A DNA stretch of 39,602 bases, from assembly GCA_021432655.1 (NCBI GenBank), contig MU271211.1, positions 78,858 through 118,459 of the forward strand, given 5' to 3'. This document shows, piece by piece, positions 1 through 11,197 of this stretch; position 1 is the first letter of the stretch, and each line of letters opens with the position of its first letter. The position numbers and the translations under genes were made by a program. The DNA is from Atractiella rhizophila. Its lineage: Eukaryota. A model generated the notes under the pieces. That model did no database searches, was not told the DNA's origin, and saw nothing but the letters and a program-made list of their open reading frames with translations.

Positions 1-628
1 ATCGGGACGGGAATAACTTTGGAAGCCACTGTACATCAGTTAGGCTGACTTCACTTCGTTCATGATCAATCGAGCTTACCTTCGATACAGTGCGCATAAA
101 GACTACTCGTTAGCTCTGTCTCAAATAACCGTTTCTGCGCCATTGGTTCAACCTGAAGCTGAAGAATGAGCGGGCTCTCTAATTCAAGCTGGCCTCCGAA
201 GACAGCTCTAAGATGCATTAATTCGTGACAATTGAGTGAATTTGTTGTGTTTAATAACATGCTGGAAGGGAGAGAAGCGACGACTCACCTCGCCTGGTTG
301 ATCCTCACTCCAGTTCTATTTGTCCTTGTTCCAGCATCCCCATCCCCCTTCTTCCGCTTTCCACCAACTGGTCCTTCTCGAAAAATACAATCCAATCCCT
401 TCTTCGCACAGTTCTCGCATACAAGTTTGCCTTCCTTCCTCTTGAACTCGTCGACGTCGTATTTGCACTTCACACGGCGACTTCGACACCTATCCGCGTC
501 AAGTTCCCATGCAGCTCAGCTCATCGCTTTCCACAGAGGCAAAAGGTAAAGACGTGCCGAAAACATGATTTTGGGTTTCTCGTGTCCTTGGATTGGAATT
601 TAGAGGAAGCTGCAGCTGCAGAGGACAT
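1..628 (-). CDS. Zn(II)2Cys6 (GAL4-type) transcription factor, 5' portion; runs off the left edge
   Basis: ATG at 628. Exon 1 (MSSAAAASSKFQSKDTRNPKSCF) spliced across a GC-AG intron (557-490) gives CFRCRSRRVKC-x15-CENCAKKGLDC, the six-Cys binuclear cluster, followed by basic KRKK. Further GT donors follow (gtgagt near 288, gtaagc near 79). Confidence 0.88.
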
Positions 629-1136
629 TGTAATTGGTATCGCAGAGGTTGGAGGGGGAGATCATGGTCGTTCCTTCATGAGGCGGCGGTTGCTCGCACC
701 AATCACACTTCAAAGTTCGGCCGGCGAGGTCAGCAATTCAAAGCAAAGTGTTCCCTTGATATGTAGTCGGGTATGCTCTAGTATCGTTTTTGTTCGTTGC
801 TACCCGGCAAATTAATGCATCTAGACTATGCATGAGCGGTGAACATTGCAGCTGCAACTATTCCTACATCCTCGAATATATACGGCACCATTTGAAAGTA
901 CATGCGAACTTAACTCATTCTGCTTCTCAAAATGTTGTTAACACACGAACCTATTGAGACGAAAGACAAATCCATGTAGTCTGATATAAGGTGGAAAAAA
1001 TGAGCACGAAGATTCCTTGTTACAATAAGTATTGAAGACACGCATGAAATGACGAAAGATGTTCGGAACTGACGAGCATGGTAGACGACCAGTGTTAGCC
1101 TTTTGACGGTGACATAGATGGATACAAAAAAGGGTT

Positions 1137-4100
1137 TTACTGGGCGAGAAGCAGATTCTCAATCCTACGGTCAACCTAATGTTTCTTTCAGTCACAAACA
1201 ATTCGAATGGGAAGAGAAGCACACGCACGGCAGCGGGAAAACATCTCTTCTTCGCTCTCTCGTAAATCTCCTGAGCGCGAGCTCGCTCCCCAGCACCAAG
1301 TTCAGCACGGACCATAACCTATCGCACAATCAAGAATGAGGAATCAATACGATTGCACGAAGAAATGACATACCTCGTAAGTCGACGCTTCACGATGCAC
1401 CGGAGCTCCTGGACGGACTGGTGGCGAAGATTGATTGGTCCGAGCACCGCGAGTTGACCGATCAACGGGATGGTTGTTTTTCGCTGCGTGACCTGAAGGG
1501 CAAGTGTGAAAATTGGCTATGGGAAGGACCGGGGGACAACAAACCTGAAGGCGGGTCTTGAAGAGACTCGAAAAGTTTCCGGGCGTCGCTCATTTTGTTC
1601 TGCGAGGCATAGAGCTGAAAGAAAGCCTGTGTCAGGATGCAAGTGTACAAGTGGAAGTGAGGACATAACGAACCTTGATAAGCGAATTGGCTACATAAGC
1701 TGTCATATGCGTTTCTTTCTGCATACGCTCAATGTAATGTTCTACTTTATCGAAGAGCTTATTGGCTGAAAGAACATTAAAGAGGGCTTCGTAGACAACT
1801 GCGTCAGGCAGTCGTGACTTTGATCGCTGGGTCGAAGGATGAGAAGGAATAGATTCGAAAGTCTCGATCGCTTTCTTCGGGTCTTTAGGACACAGCCCTC
1901 CATCGTCAAAATTGTCGCCCACATAGCACCATTTGGAGGAAACTTTCGATCGGCACAAGAGAGGTGAAACGTCTCCATCATTTTCTCAGGCATGGGGGGT
2001 TCAATGCATCCGTAAGCCTTCATCAACATGTTGTAGGTATGATCGGTAGGCTGAAGGCCCGCTTGTTGCAGAAGGTCATAATAGCGTAAACAGAGTCCGC
2101 GATTTGGCTTCGTTTCGGCATAATACTGCATGAAAGTGTTGTATGGCGGAACGTTCGCTTTGTAGTTTGGCAACTTGATCATTTCTTCGAAGAGATAGAT
2201 AGCAGTCGATTCGTCTCCCTGTCTCAAACAAGCATGAATCAAGCTCCCGTAAGTCCTCTCATTCGGGTGCACTCCACGATTCTTCATATCCTCGAAATAG
2301 TTCAGCGCCTCCGTCGCCTTCCTAGCATGAGCCAAATGCTTTAGAACGCAATTGTAAAGGAAAGTCGTGGGAGCAACATTTCGAGACATGGCATGTTCGA
2401 AAAGCGTCACGGCGATGGTAGTCTGATCCGTCGTCGGAGTGCTATTAAGGATCAGAGCGGCATAGGCGTCAGCAGTGGCGGCGGATCCCATGTCGTCCAG
2501 TTTCTGCACGTTGTCTCCGGCCTTTGCGATGTGGCCAGAATAAGCCAGAGCAATAATCATGGCGCTTTCGAGCTTGGTGATAATCTCAAAATGCTTTCGC
2601 GGATCTTGAATGGCTTGAAGGGAGGCGAGGACTGGAAGATACAACTCGTTGGCTTTGACGAGATCGCCTTTTCGTCCTAGTTGCTCGATCAAGTGGATGA
2701 GAGTTATCGGATCGACAAATTGCTTCTTAGCGAGTCCTTCGTCCACCATCCTAAAAGCTGAGATGGGATCTTTGTGAAGGGAGCCATTAACTCTTTGAGT
2801 GAGAATCATGTCGAGAGCGAAGCCAGGAACGTGTCGTACAGGAGATTGCCAGGTAGACTGTGGTGCGAATGAATACGGTGCCTCTGACTGATGAAATTCT
2901 GGAGAACCACTCTGCTGTTGATATTCAGGAATGGTTGACTGATGCCCTGGCTGATATTCAGGGAAGGTAGTCGGAGGAGGTGGGAAGTCGGTATTGGTCG
3001 GAACGAAAGCGGAAGCCCATTGGCTTTGTTCCTCCGAAGGAGGGGGTCCACTAGCCGTAGCCCGAACAGTTGCTATCGACTGCTCGACCTCTCTCCCGCC
3101 AACCAGCTGAGCGAGCGCGGGCATCAGCTTCTCGTGCAGAGAAGGCACAACAGAGCTTATTCCGATAATCTCGCGCGGAGAGTGTGCAATGCAGAATGCT
3201 TTGGCCATCGACAGCCAGTACTCCTTGATATCCAAGGTGTCTTCAATAGGATAATGGACACCATGTCGCGCCGCATCGTTCCATGCCTCTGAGACCATCT
3301 GGTAGCGCGGTACCACGTCTAGTCCCCGAACCTTCGAGGCTTCAACAAAGACAAAAGCGTGAAGGATGATGAGCCATTCATTCGTCGAAAGGTTGAGAGC
3401 CGCAACATCCTTGCCTTGGAGAGCTAGAGTGTGCTTGGCGTCGAGGTAGCAATCAACAGCAAGCGCAGCCAGGAGGGGAGTGGGCTGCGCTGGAACCCTC
3501 CAATTGATCTCCAAAGCCTTGAGAACGTGAGGAAGAGGTGGACGTTCTTCTGGGTCGTTAGGATAAGCTCCAGTACCCAGATAGTCCAGACCAACCGCCG
3601 CGGGCACGACAAGAGTTTGAAGGCTCTTCCTCATCTGCATTTCGACGCCGGGTTTCGTCAGTGTCGAAGCTGTCTCCCGAAGGACGTCTAAAGCTTCTTC
3701 CCATCTCCTGTTTGCGGTGAGAAGGTAGAGGAGCTTGAGATTCTGACCCCTTCCGAACGCGAAATCGGTTGGAAGACCATGTACGAGCCCTTTTTGGATA
3801 GCCTCTTGAAACAGTGATCGAATATTGAGCAGACGGTCGAGCATTTCTTGCGTCTCAGGAGATAACTTGGGACGTTTCGAAGCGTCGTCGAAGCAGAATC
3901 GAAGGAGTTCTGTCCAAATCGTAATGCTGAGTCGGTAGTTATCGCGTTCGGAGTTGAGGATCATGTTCTGGACGAGATCAAGGTACGGTATGCGAGACGC
4001 TGCATGACGCCTTCCAATGAAATACCTAGCGAGAATCCTGTAAAATCTGAGTCGAGGGGTAGTGATATCAAGATCCCGCCGCCCTTCACCAGTGGCCTGA

Positions 4101-7100
4101 GTAGCAGCGATCTCCATGGTCTTGTCAAACCACGTCTTCGCGCTCTCAGGGTCACCAGCGTTCAAGAAGGCCTTGATAGCTACAGCAATGAGTTCAGACG
4201 GAACCTTCTCTGGGAAACCAGGACCCTTCTCCGACGTCATGCGATGGATGAGATCCACTACTTCCGATCCACTGCTCGGTGCACCTTTGGTATGAAGCAC
4301 CTCCGCGAACTGGTACCATACGCCTTCGTCGCCTTTGAACATTTCCATATCGAAAGGTTCTATCTCTCCTAATGCGAGCGGGTCCGAAAGAAACCGATTC
4401 TTGTATGCCTCGCCAGGGGTCTCGATGTCCACTTTCTTCTTCTCCACCACCTCAACAGTTCCCATTTGCCGGGCACGTAGGTATCGATCCATGACCATCT
4501 TTGCCGACGTCCATTCTCGGTGCCTTGAGAGAAAATAGAGGATGAGGGCATATGATTCGCTGTTGAGCTTTCGGAAAGGACTTTGTTCGAAGGCTCGTAA
4601 AACCTCTACGCCGACATCAAACTGCTTATGCTGTGTTGCGGAGTAGAGGAGGCCGTGGAAAGCCTTGACAGACAGCCAGTCTTGGCCTCTACCCAGCGCG
4701 CGGAAGATCTCGATCGCCGCATCGTGTTCCCGCATACTGTTCAGTTTCTCGAGATCAGACATCTCCTCCCAGGTAGACAGCGTCATTTGTTCCTCTTCTC
4801 CGTCCTCAAGGGCCTCCATGCTCTCACTATCTACTCCCAACCCCATACCTTCCTTCAACTGTTTCGCAGACTGAAGACTCTTCTCCCTCCGATCTTTCCG
4901 ACCCGTCAACACCGATTTCCTATATTCCGTCTCTTTCGCCAACTCCGTCAGTCCCACGATGATATCCGAAACGACATCAACAGAAGGGACGAGATTCTCT
5001 TCTTGCATCTGACTGAACATGTCGAGAGCAGCCACGAACGACTGACCACTCTTCCTGGTCTCCAACAGCGCAGAAATCGCTCTTGAGTGAAGGACGGGGT
5101 GGAAAAGAGACATTCCAACAGCCTGATAATTGTTCACGGTTTGGAGCACGCCATCTGAATCCTTCTTCTCAGCTTGTGAAGTCAGTGCATCGTAAATGGC
5201 TCTTTGTTCTGTGCTCAGCGGAGGGAATTCAGCCTCAATCCGTTTTGACATTCTGCTCGGAGAAGACGACTGGGAAAGAGGAGAGTTCGATGCTGAAGAT
5301 GACCAAGGAGCCGTCCAGGCACTAGAAGCAGCGGAGCTAGACATGGGGTGGGAGAAGACATGACTACTCGGTGAAGATGATAGCGAGGCGAGAACATGTT
5401 GCTCTGTAGGGTAGGGCTCGTTCGAAGCCGCGTTGTGGTACAGCCGCGCGGACGAGGTTGCAATAGATGAAGAGGCTAATGTGAGCCAGGGCAGGGGTGA
5501 AGAGGGCTTAGGAGGGAGACTTGGAAGGATGCTAGTTCGAGCGCCAGCAGAGGAAGAGGAACGTAACCTTCGCGCTTTCGGGCAAAAAAAAAAAAACCAC
5601 TACTTCCGATCCACTGCTCGGTGCACCTTTGGTATGGAGCACCTCCGCGAACTGGTACCATACGCCTTCGTCGCCTTTGAACATTTCCATATCGAAAGGT
5701 TCTATCTCTCCCAATGCGAGCGGGTCCGAAAGAAACCGATTCTTGTATGCCTCGCCAGGGGTCTCGATGTCCACCTTCTTCTTCTCCACCACCTCAACAG
5801 TTCCCATTTGCCGAGCACGTAGGTATCGATCCATGACCATCTTTGCCGACGTCCATTCTCGATGCCTTGAGAGAAAATAGAGGATGAGGGCATATGATTC
5901 GCTGTTGAGCTTTCGGAAAGGACTTTGTTCGAAGGCTCGTAAAACCTCTACGCCGACATCAAACTGCTTATGCTGTGTTGCGGAGTAGAGGAGCCCGTGG
6001 AAAGCCTTGACAGACAGCCAGTCTTGGCCTCTACCCAGCGCGCGGAAGATCTCGATCGCCGCATCGTGTTCCCGCATACTGTTCAGTTTCTCGAGACCAG
6101 ACATCTCCTCCCAGGTAGACAGCGTCATTTGTTCCTCTTCTCCGTCCTCAAGGGCCTCCATGCTCTCACTATCTACTCCCAACCCCATACCTTCCTTCAA
6201 CTGTTTCGCAGACTGAAGGCTCTTCTCCCTCCGATCTTTCCGACCCGTCAACACCGATTTCCTATATTCCGTCTCTTTCGCCAACTCCGTCAGTCCCACG
6301 ATGATATCCGAAACGACATCAACGGAAGGGACGAGATTCTCTTCTTGCATCTGACTGAACATGTCGAGAGCAGCCACGAACGACTGACCGCTCTTCCTAG
6401 TCTCCAACAGCGCAGAAATCGCTCTTGAGTGAAGGACGGGGTGGAAAAGAGACATTCCAACAGCCTGATAATTGTTCACGGTCTGGAGCACGCCATCTGA
6501 ATCCTTCTTCTCAGCTTGTGAGGTCAGTGCATCGTAAATCGCTCTTTGTTCTGTGCTCAGCGGAGGGAATTCAGCCTCAATCCGTTTTGACATTCTACTC
6601 GGAGAAGAGGACTGGGAAAGAGGAGAGTTCGATCCTGAGGGTGAAGAAGATGACCAAGGAGCCGTCCAGGCATTAGAAGCAGCGGAGCTAGACATGGGAT
6701 GGGAGAAGACATGACTACTTGGTGAAGATGTTAGCGAGGCGAGAACATGTTGCTCTGTAGGGTAGGGCTCGTTCGAAGCCGCATTGTGGTACAGCCGCGC
6801 GGACGAGGTTGCAATGGATGAAGAGGCTAATGTGAGCCAGGGCAGGGGTGAAGAGGGCTTAGGAGGGAGGCTTGGAAAAATGCTAGTTCGAGCGCCAGCA
6901 GAGGAAGAGGAACGTAACCTTCGCGCTTTCGGGCTTCGCAGTCTGGAGCTGTTGTGTTGTGACAATCATTAGAATGTTGGTGTTACGAGGAAAAGACTAA
7001 CCGTGATCTCTCTATCGACACCACTGGAACATGTTCTATTGTGGAAGGATAAGACGGAGAGCTGATTCTATGTCAGCAATGTTTCGAGCGAGTAAAATGA

Positions 7101-7982
7101 GATTTGACAAACCTGAGTGCCTCAAGCTCTTCAGCAACTGAAGACTCCTTCATCGACTCCGTCTCTAAAGAGCTCAACAACTCTTCTTGCGTCTCAAGAC
7201 TGGGTAAACTCTCCGTTTCTACCTCCTCCAACTCTCTCGCTTTCTCCTCCTCCTCAACCTCGCGGCTCCACAGCCTGAAATCCTCATCCCTCAAACTAGC
7301 CACCGAAAGTGTAGGTGTGACAGTTGTGCTCCCCAACTGCTCTCTCTCTCGTGCAGCTGATGTAGCAAGGAAGGCTTGCTTCGCCTTGAGGCGAAGCTCG
7401 AGGGAGACAAGTGTTGGTTTCGTACTCGATGATGCTGACTGAGATATGGAGGTTGGTGCAGTGGATGGCGACGGTTGCGATTTCGGTAGTGATGCAGAAG
7501 CAAGAGGTGGGTTTGTGAGGGATGTTCGGCGGATGGATGACGATGATATGGGAGCTGGGGAGGTGAAAGGAGCGGGATTCTTTTTCCGAATGTGCCGTTC
7601 CTCATCTTCATCTATCCTCGCTCCAGTACCCTCTGCAGTGGTTGAACCGATGTTCTGCTGCGCTAAGGCTCTCTACACACGATCGCAACCACACAAGGAA
7701 AGCAATCAACACCCAAGACCCTTCCACGTTTCCTGGACAGATGACTCTCAAAGGAGAATGACTACGTACTGACTTGGCCCTGCTCGCTCCGCTCCATTTC
7801 GCGCCTCCATATCCATATCCTCCTCCCGCTGCACTACCGCCCGAAGACCCAGCCGAGGAAGCTGAACTTGAAGCGCTGGACCCAAGCTGATCCGAAAGAT
7901 TTTTGAGGTATTGAAGGTGCTGATGAGTTCGGTTGGCGAAGTGAGAGAGCTTGAAGGGGAGGGCTGAGGCTTTGGGTAACAT
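1137..7982 (-). CDS. Large mitochondrial-type pentatricopeptide repeat protein (Ppr5-like); disrupted as assembled by an internal duplication and a 1-nt frameshift
   Basis: ATG 7982 (MLPKASALPFKLSHF...). Introns near 7769-7673, 7110-7070 and 7000-6950 join it to the 6965-5597 frame. PPR repeats (FLYNCVLKHLAHARK, RTYGSLIHACLRQGD, PPYNTFMQYY, HTYNMLMKAYG) lie in ORF 1742..5344. Spliced 3' exons give ...FESLQDPPSGHAAKNNHP...VHREASTYEVMVRAELG...ENLLLAQ* with stop at 1139-1137. Confidence 0.85.
4255..5583. repeat. Direct tandem duplication, copy A (1,329 bp), inside the PPR gene
   Basis: Begins ccactacttccgatcc, ends cgctttcgggc. Matches 5597-6934 with about 25 substitutions and one 9-bp indel. 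Confidence 0.95.
5597..6934. repeat. Direct tandem duplication, copy B (1,338 bp), separated from copy A by A13 (5584-5596)
   Basis: Same termini as copy A; the ORF track shows duplicated translations (MSSSAAS...SSGSEVV). Confidence 0.95.
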
Positions 7983-8469
7983 AGTTGGTTACCTTTCAAA
8001 ATTATATAGCTGATAGGGAATGACTAGTGTAGGTATATAGAAGCTGTTGGCAAGGTGTTGAAATGTCTACTCAAGAAAAGCTGGTGGTATAAATCGATCG
8101 AAATTTTCCGATTCCCGCCGAACCAGGAAGACCACCGGCACAAGGACACGCAACCTTTCAATGTTGCGCCTACTGGAGGGAAAGGGAGACAGGTGACCGG
8201 CGAAGGGAGAGTGACTTCATGTGACTTGGAGGATCAAGGAAATGTCGAGGCATAGTTTGGAAAGGTTGGTCTTCAGCTTGTCGGTGGGAAGTGCAATGGT
8301 GCACGAATTCCTTCTTTCAACCTATGTGTAGATTCCTTTACTACGTATTATGAGGGCAAGACAGTGGGCCAGAGAGCAATGTAAGAGAGAAGTCTGGTGT
8401 CTGCAATGTTACGCGTTTAGTTCACATTGATAATAGCGCGTTGCTCATGAAAGAGTAGAGGCAGACTCG

Positions 8470-9201
8470 CACATGAATGGAAAGTCATATTCAAAAAACA
8501 TTCTGAATGAGGAAAGCCAAAGGCAAATAAAAGGAAGTTGGGAATCACCTTTAAATGACACAAGGAGGAAAATGCCTGATCTGTCTGTCGATCGGTAAGG
8601 TAATAACTAAGCTAAGCTTTCTAAGAGCTGATAAGGTCACGCCGGGATAGAAGGTCAACCCAAAATCAGGAACAGCACGGGGACGAGGACCTTGCCTTGC
8701 TTCTGCCGCCAGGTGAAGCGTTGAAATGGTGAAGCCGTTTCGACGGATAGTTTTGGTGATAGTTCCTCAGCTCCGGTTTGAGATCGTCGCGTTCCCCGCA
8801 GATCTGCGAATCTGCAGGAATATCCACGACGCTTGCGTTACCGAACTCGATCAACCAAGTTTGTAGAAGAGAATGTCGATTTTTATCATTCAGCAAATTC
8901 AGGCATGAGCTCACGAAGGAAAGGGAAGGGAACGATAACATTGAAGCAAGCAAAAGCAACCTTGATGTGCAGAACACCTACTCCAGGGTTGTCACCAGTC
9001 CTCATTCTCACAGAAATCGTCATCCAGCAAAGAAGTTGGCAGCTCACGCTATCTGCGGAGCAAGAATATCGACACGACGACACCCCAAAAGGAAAAGCGA
9101 AGGTTTGCAAATGCTTGGGAACTCAAAACTAATTTTCGAATCGAATGGATTTAGGAGTGCGGTGGAATGAGTCGCAACGCGACGAATGAAGCTGAATGAA
9201 T
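8470..9201. repeat. Left arm (~732 bp) of a long inverted repeat
   Basis: Reverse complement of 9427-10159. The ORF track shows mirror ORFs (8778..9170+ vs 9458..9850-; 8666..8977- vs 9651..9962+). Confidence 0.96.
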
Positions 9202-9426
9202 ACTTCCCGACTGCTTCAACATCCCTGTCATCCAGCAACCTACAAAGTCTAATTCGTCACGATAGATGCAATACTTTTGGGCAATATTTGCCCCAAGTCA
9301 GGAATTGCCTTAGTTCTCAACGGGCACGCTTTTCTGCCTGACGCGATACAGAAACAGAACCTGTTAAAACTTTTTATCCTGGATTTCTCGCGCAGGCGCC
9401 GGGCCTGTTCAGTGGCTTCACTGTTC

Positions 9427-10159
9427 ATTCATTCAGCTTCATTCGTCGCGTTGCGACTCATTCCACCGCACTCCTAAATCCATTCGATTCGAAAATTAGT
9501 TTTGAGTTCCCAAGCATTTGCAAACCTTCGCTTTTCCTTTTGGGGTGTCGTCGTGTCGATATTCTTGCTCCGCAGATAGCGTGAGCTGCCAACTTCTTTG
9601 CTGGATGACGATTTCTGTGAGAATGAGGACTGGTGACAACCCTGGAGTAGGTGTTCTGCACATCAAGGTTGCTTTTGCTTGCTTCAATGTTATCGTTCCC
9701 TTCCCTTTCCTTCGTGAGCTCATGCCTGAATTTGCTGAATGATAAAAATCGACAATCTCTTCTACAAACTTGGTTGATCGAGTTCGGTAACGCAAGCGTC
9801 GTGGATATTCCTGCAGATTCGCAGATCTGCGGGGAACGCGACGATCTCAAACCGGAGCTGAGGAACTATCACCAAAACTATCCGTCGAAACGGCTTCACC
9901 ATTTCAACGCTTCACCTGGCGGCAGAAGCAAGGCAAGGTCCTCGTCCCCGTGCTGTTCCTGATTTTGGGTTGACCTTCTATCCCGGCGTGACCTTATAAG
10001 CTCTTGGAAAGCTTAGCTTGGTTATTACCTTACCGATCGACAGACAGATCAGGCATTTTCCTCCTTGTGTCATTTAAAGGTGGATTCCCAACTTCCTTTT
10101 ATTTGCCTTTGGCTTTACTCATTCAGAATTTTTTTTGAATATGACTTTCCATTCATGTG
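9427..10159. repeat. Right arm (~733 bp) of the long inverted repeat; spacer 9202-9426 (225 bp)
   Basis: attcattcagcttcattcgtc...atgactttccattcatgtg is the reverse complement of the left arm, with about 7 differences. Confidence 0.96.
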
Positions 10160-10180
10160 TTTGATGGCGCTCTCCCATTT

Positions 10181-11197
10181 CTAAACCCTTATGACAGCCC
10201 ACAGAAGCCAATGCCTGATGTTTGTATGTCCCCTGATGGGACGTTGAACATCGTGTACATGAGACCAGTACTTCACCTCGCCCTTTTTGAACACCTTTTC
10301 AGTCCAAAGCTCGCCAAAGCTTTCTGCAGTGTGTGCGAACCTCTCTGTATCTTCGTCTGGGCTGCCTCGACGACAAACTTGACCGCCGAAAATCGCACTT
10401 CCTGGTTCTAGGGAAAGAAGCAAGGCCAGTCTCTCAGCAATGATTGCCTACAGCCACCGCTTCATATCGGTTCGTACTTGATAGATCAAGACACGTACCT
10501 GAGTGGCCTCGTCCTTGAAGAGGTGGAAGAAAGCGCTAACGTGTACGACTGCACATCTCCCCTTGAGGTCGTTCAAGCTCGTGACCTCCGCAGGAGGAAT
10601 TGATGCTTCTGGTGATGCAGAAGTGGCATCGAGAAATTCTGGACTAAAGAAGTCTCCCGTAATGAACTTGATAGGGCAGGTGCCATGGTCGTTAAACAAC
10701 TCGTGGCCGAGCTGTATGAATTCAGGTCGAAGGTCGGAACCGACTACTTGAGAGGAAGGCCATCCATCCGAGACAGCCTTACGAATGTCTGTACCGAAAC
10801 AACAGGCTGTTTCCAGCTCAGCTGATTTTGAAGTAGAAGTAATCCCAAAGGATGTTGCAGCTCACCTTGGTCGAGGAAGATGGCGTTTTCTCGATCCTTC
10901 AGTGCTAACGTCCTGAAATATAGTGGATGATTGGAAGCTCGGAAGGAAAGGAAGTTGTAGGAGCTGATGCCTTGCTCCTTGTTCATGAATATTGTACTCC
11001 TTGAATTAGGATGAAAATTTACAGGGGTAAGGAAATGTTAAGTACCCCTTTTCCCTAATTTGTGCGACATGTAATTCAAGAGCCTCGTCCTCTGTTATTC
11101 CTGTTGCGCTTTTGAAGAACTCTCGCTGGTTTTCATTCCACACCAACGGGTCAACCAGGTCCTCCTTTGTTCCAGACTTTCTCTCTTTCTCCTTCAT
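10181..11197 (-). CDS. Fungal class I SAM-dependent methyltransferase (AusD/AdrK/Trt5-like family)
   Basis: Four exons spliced: ...LTFPYPC|ISSYNFLSF...AIFLDQ|ACCFGTDIRKAVSDG...GSDLRPEFIQLGHELF...VHVSAFFHLF...|...LLSLEPGSAIFGGQV...WAVIRV*. The YPC, CCFGxDxRK and AFFHLF motifs are typical of this family. Confidence 0.85.

Noticed and set aside
1880..1890. Programmed ribosomal frameshift in the PPR gene
   Set aside because: No canonical slippery heptamer or evident stimulatory structure; a sequencing error is more parsimonious.
5584..5596. A13 as a retroposition tail or a polypyrimidine tract rescuing the PPR frame by splicing
   Set aside because: The A-run is antisense to the gene, and the nearby AG acceptor is in the wrong phase for the upstream donor.
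9651..9962. Divergent pheromone-precursor gene pair in the inverted repeat
   Set aside because: The ORF ends in PCCS, not a CaaX box; there are no tandem peptide repeats and no STE3-like receptor in the window.
8470..10159. Palindrome as a MULE/CACTA/MITE transposon
   Set aside because: No 2-, 3- or 9-bp TSD in the flanks, termini CACAT rather than CACTA, and no transposase. It cannot be fully excluded without a genome-wide search.
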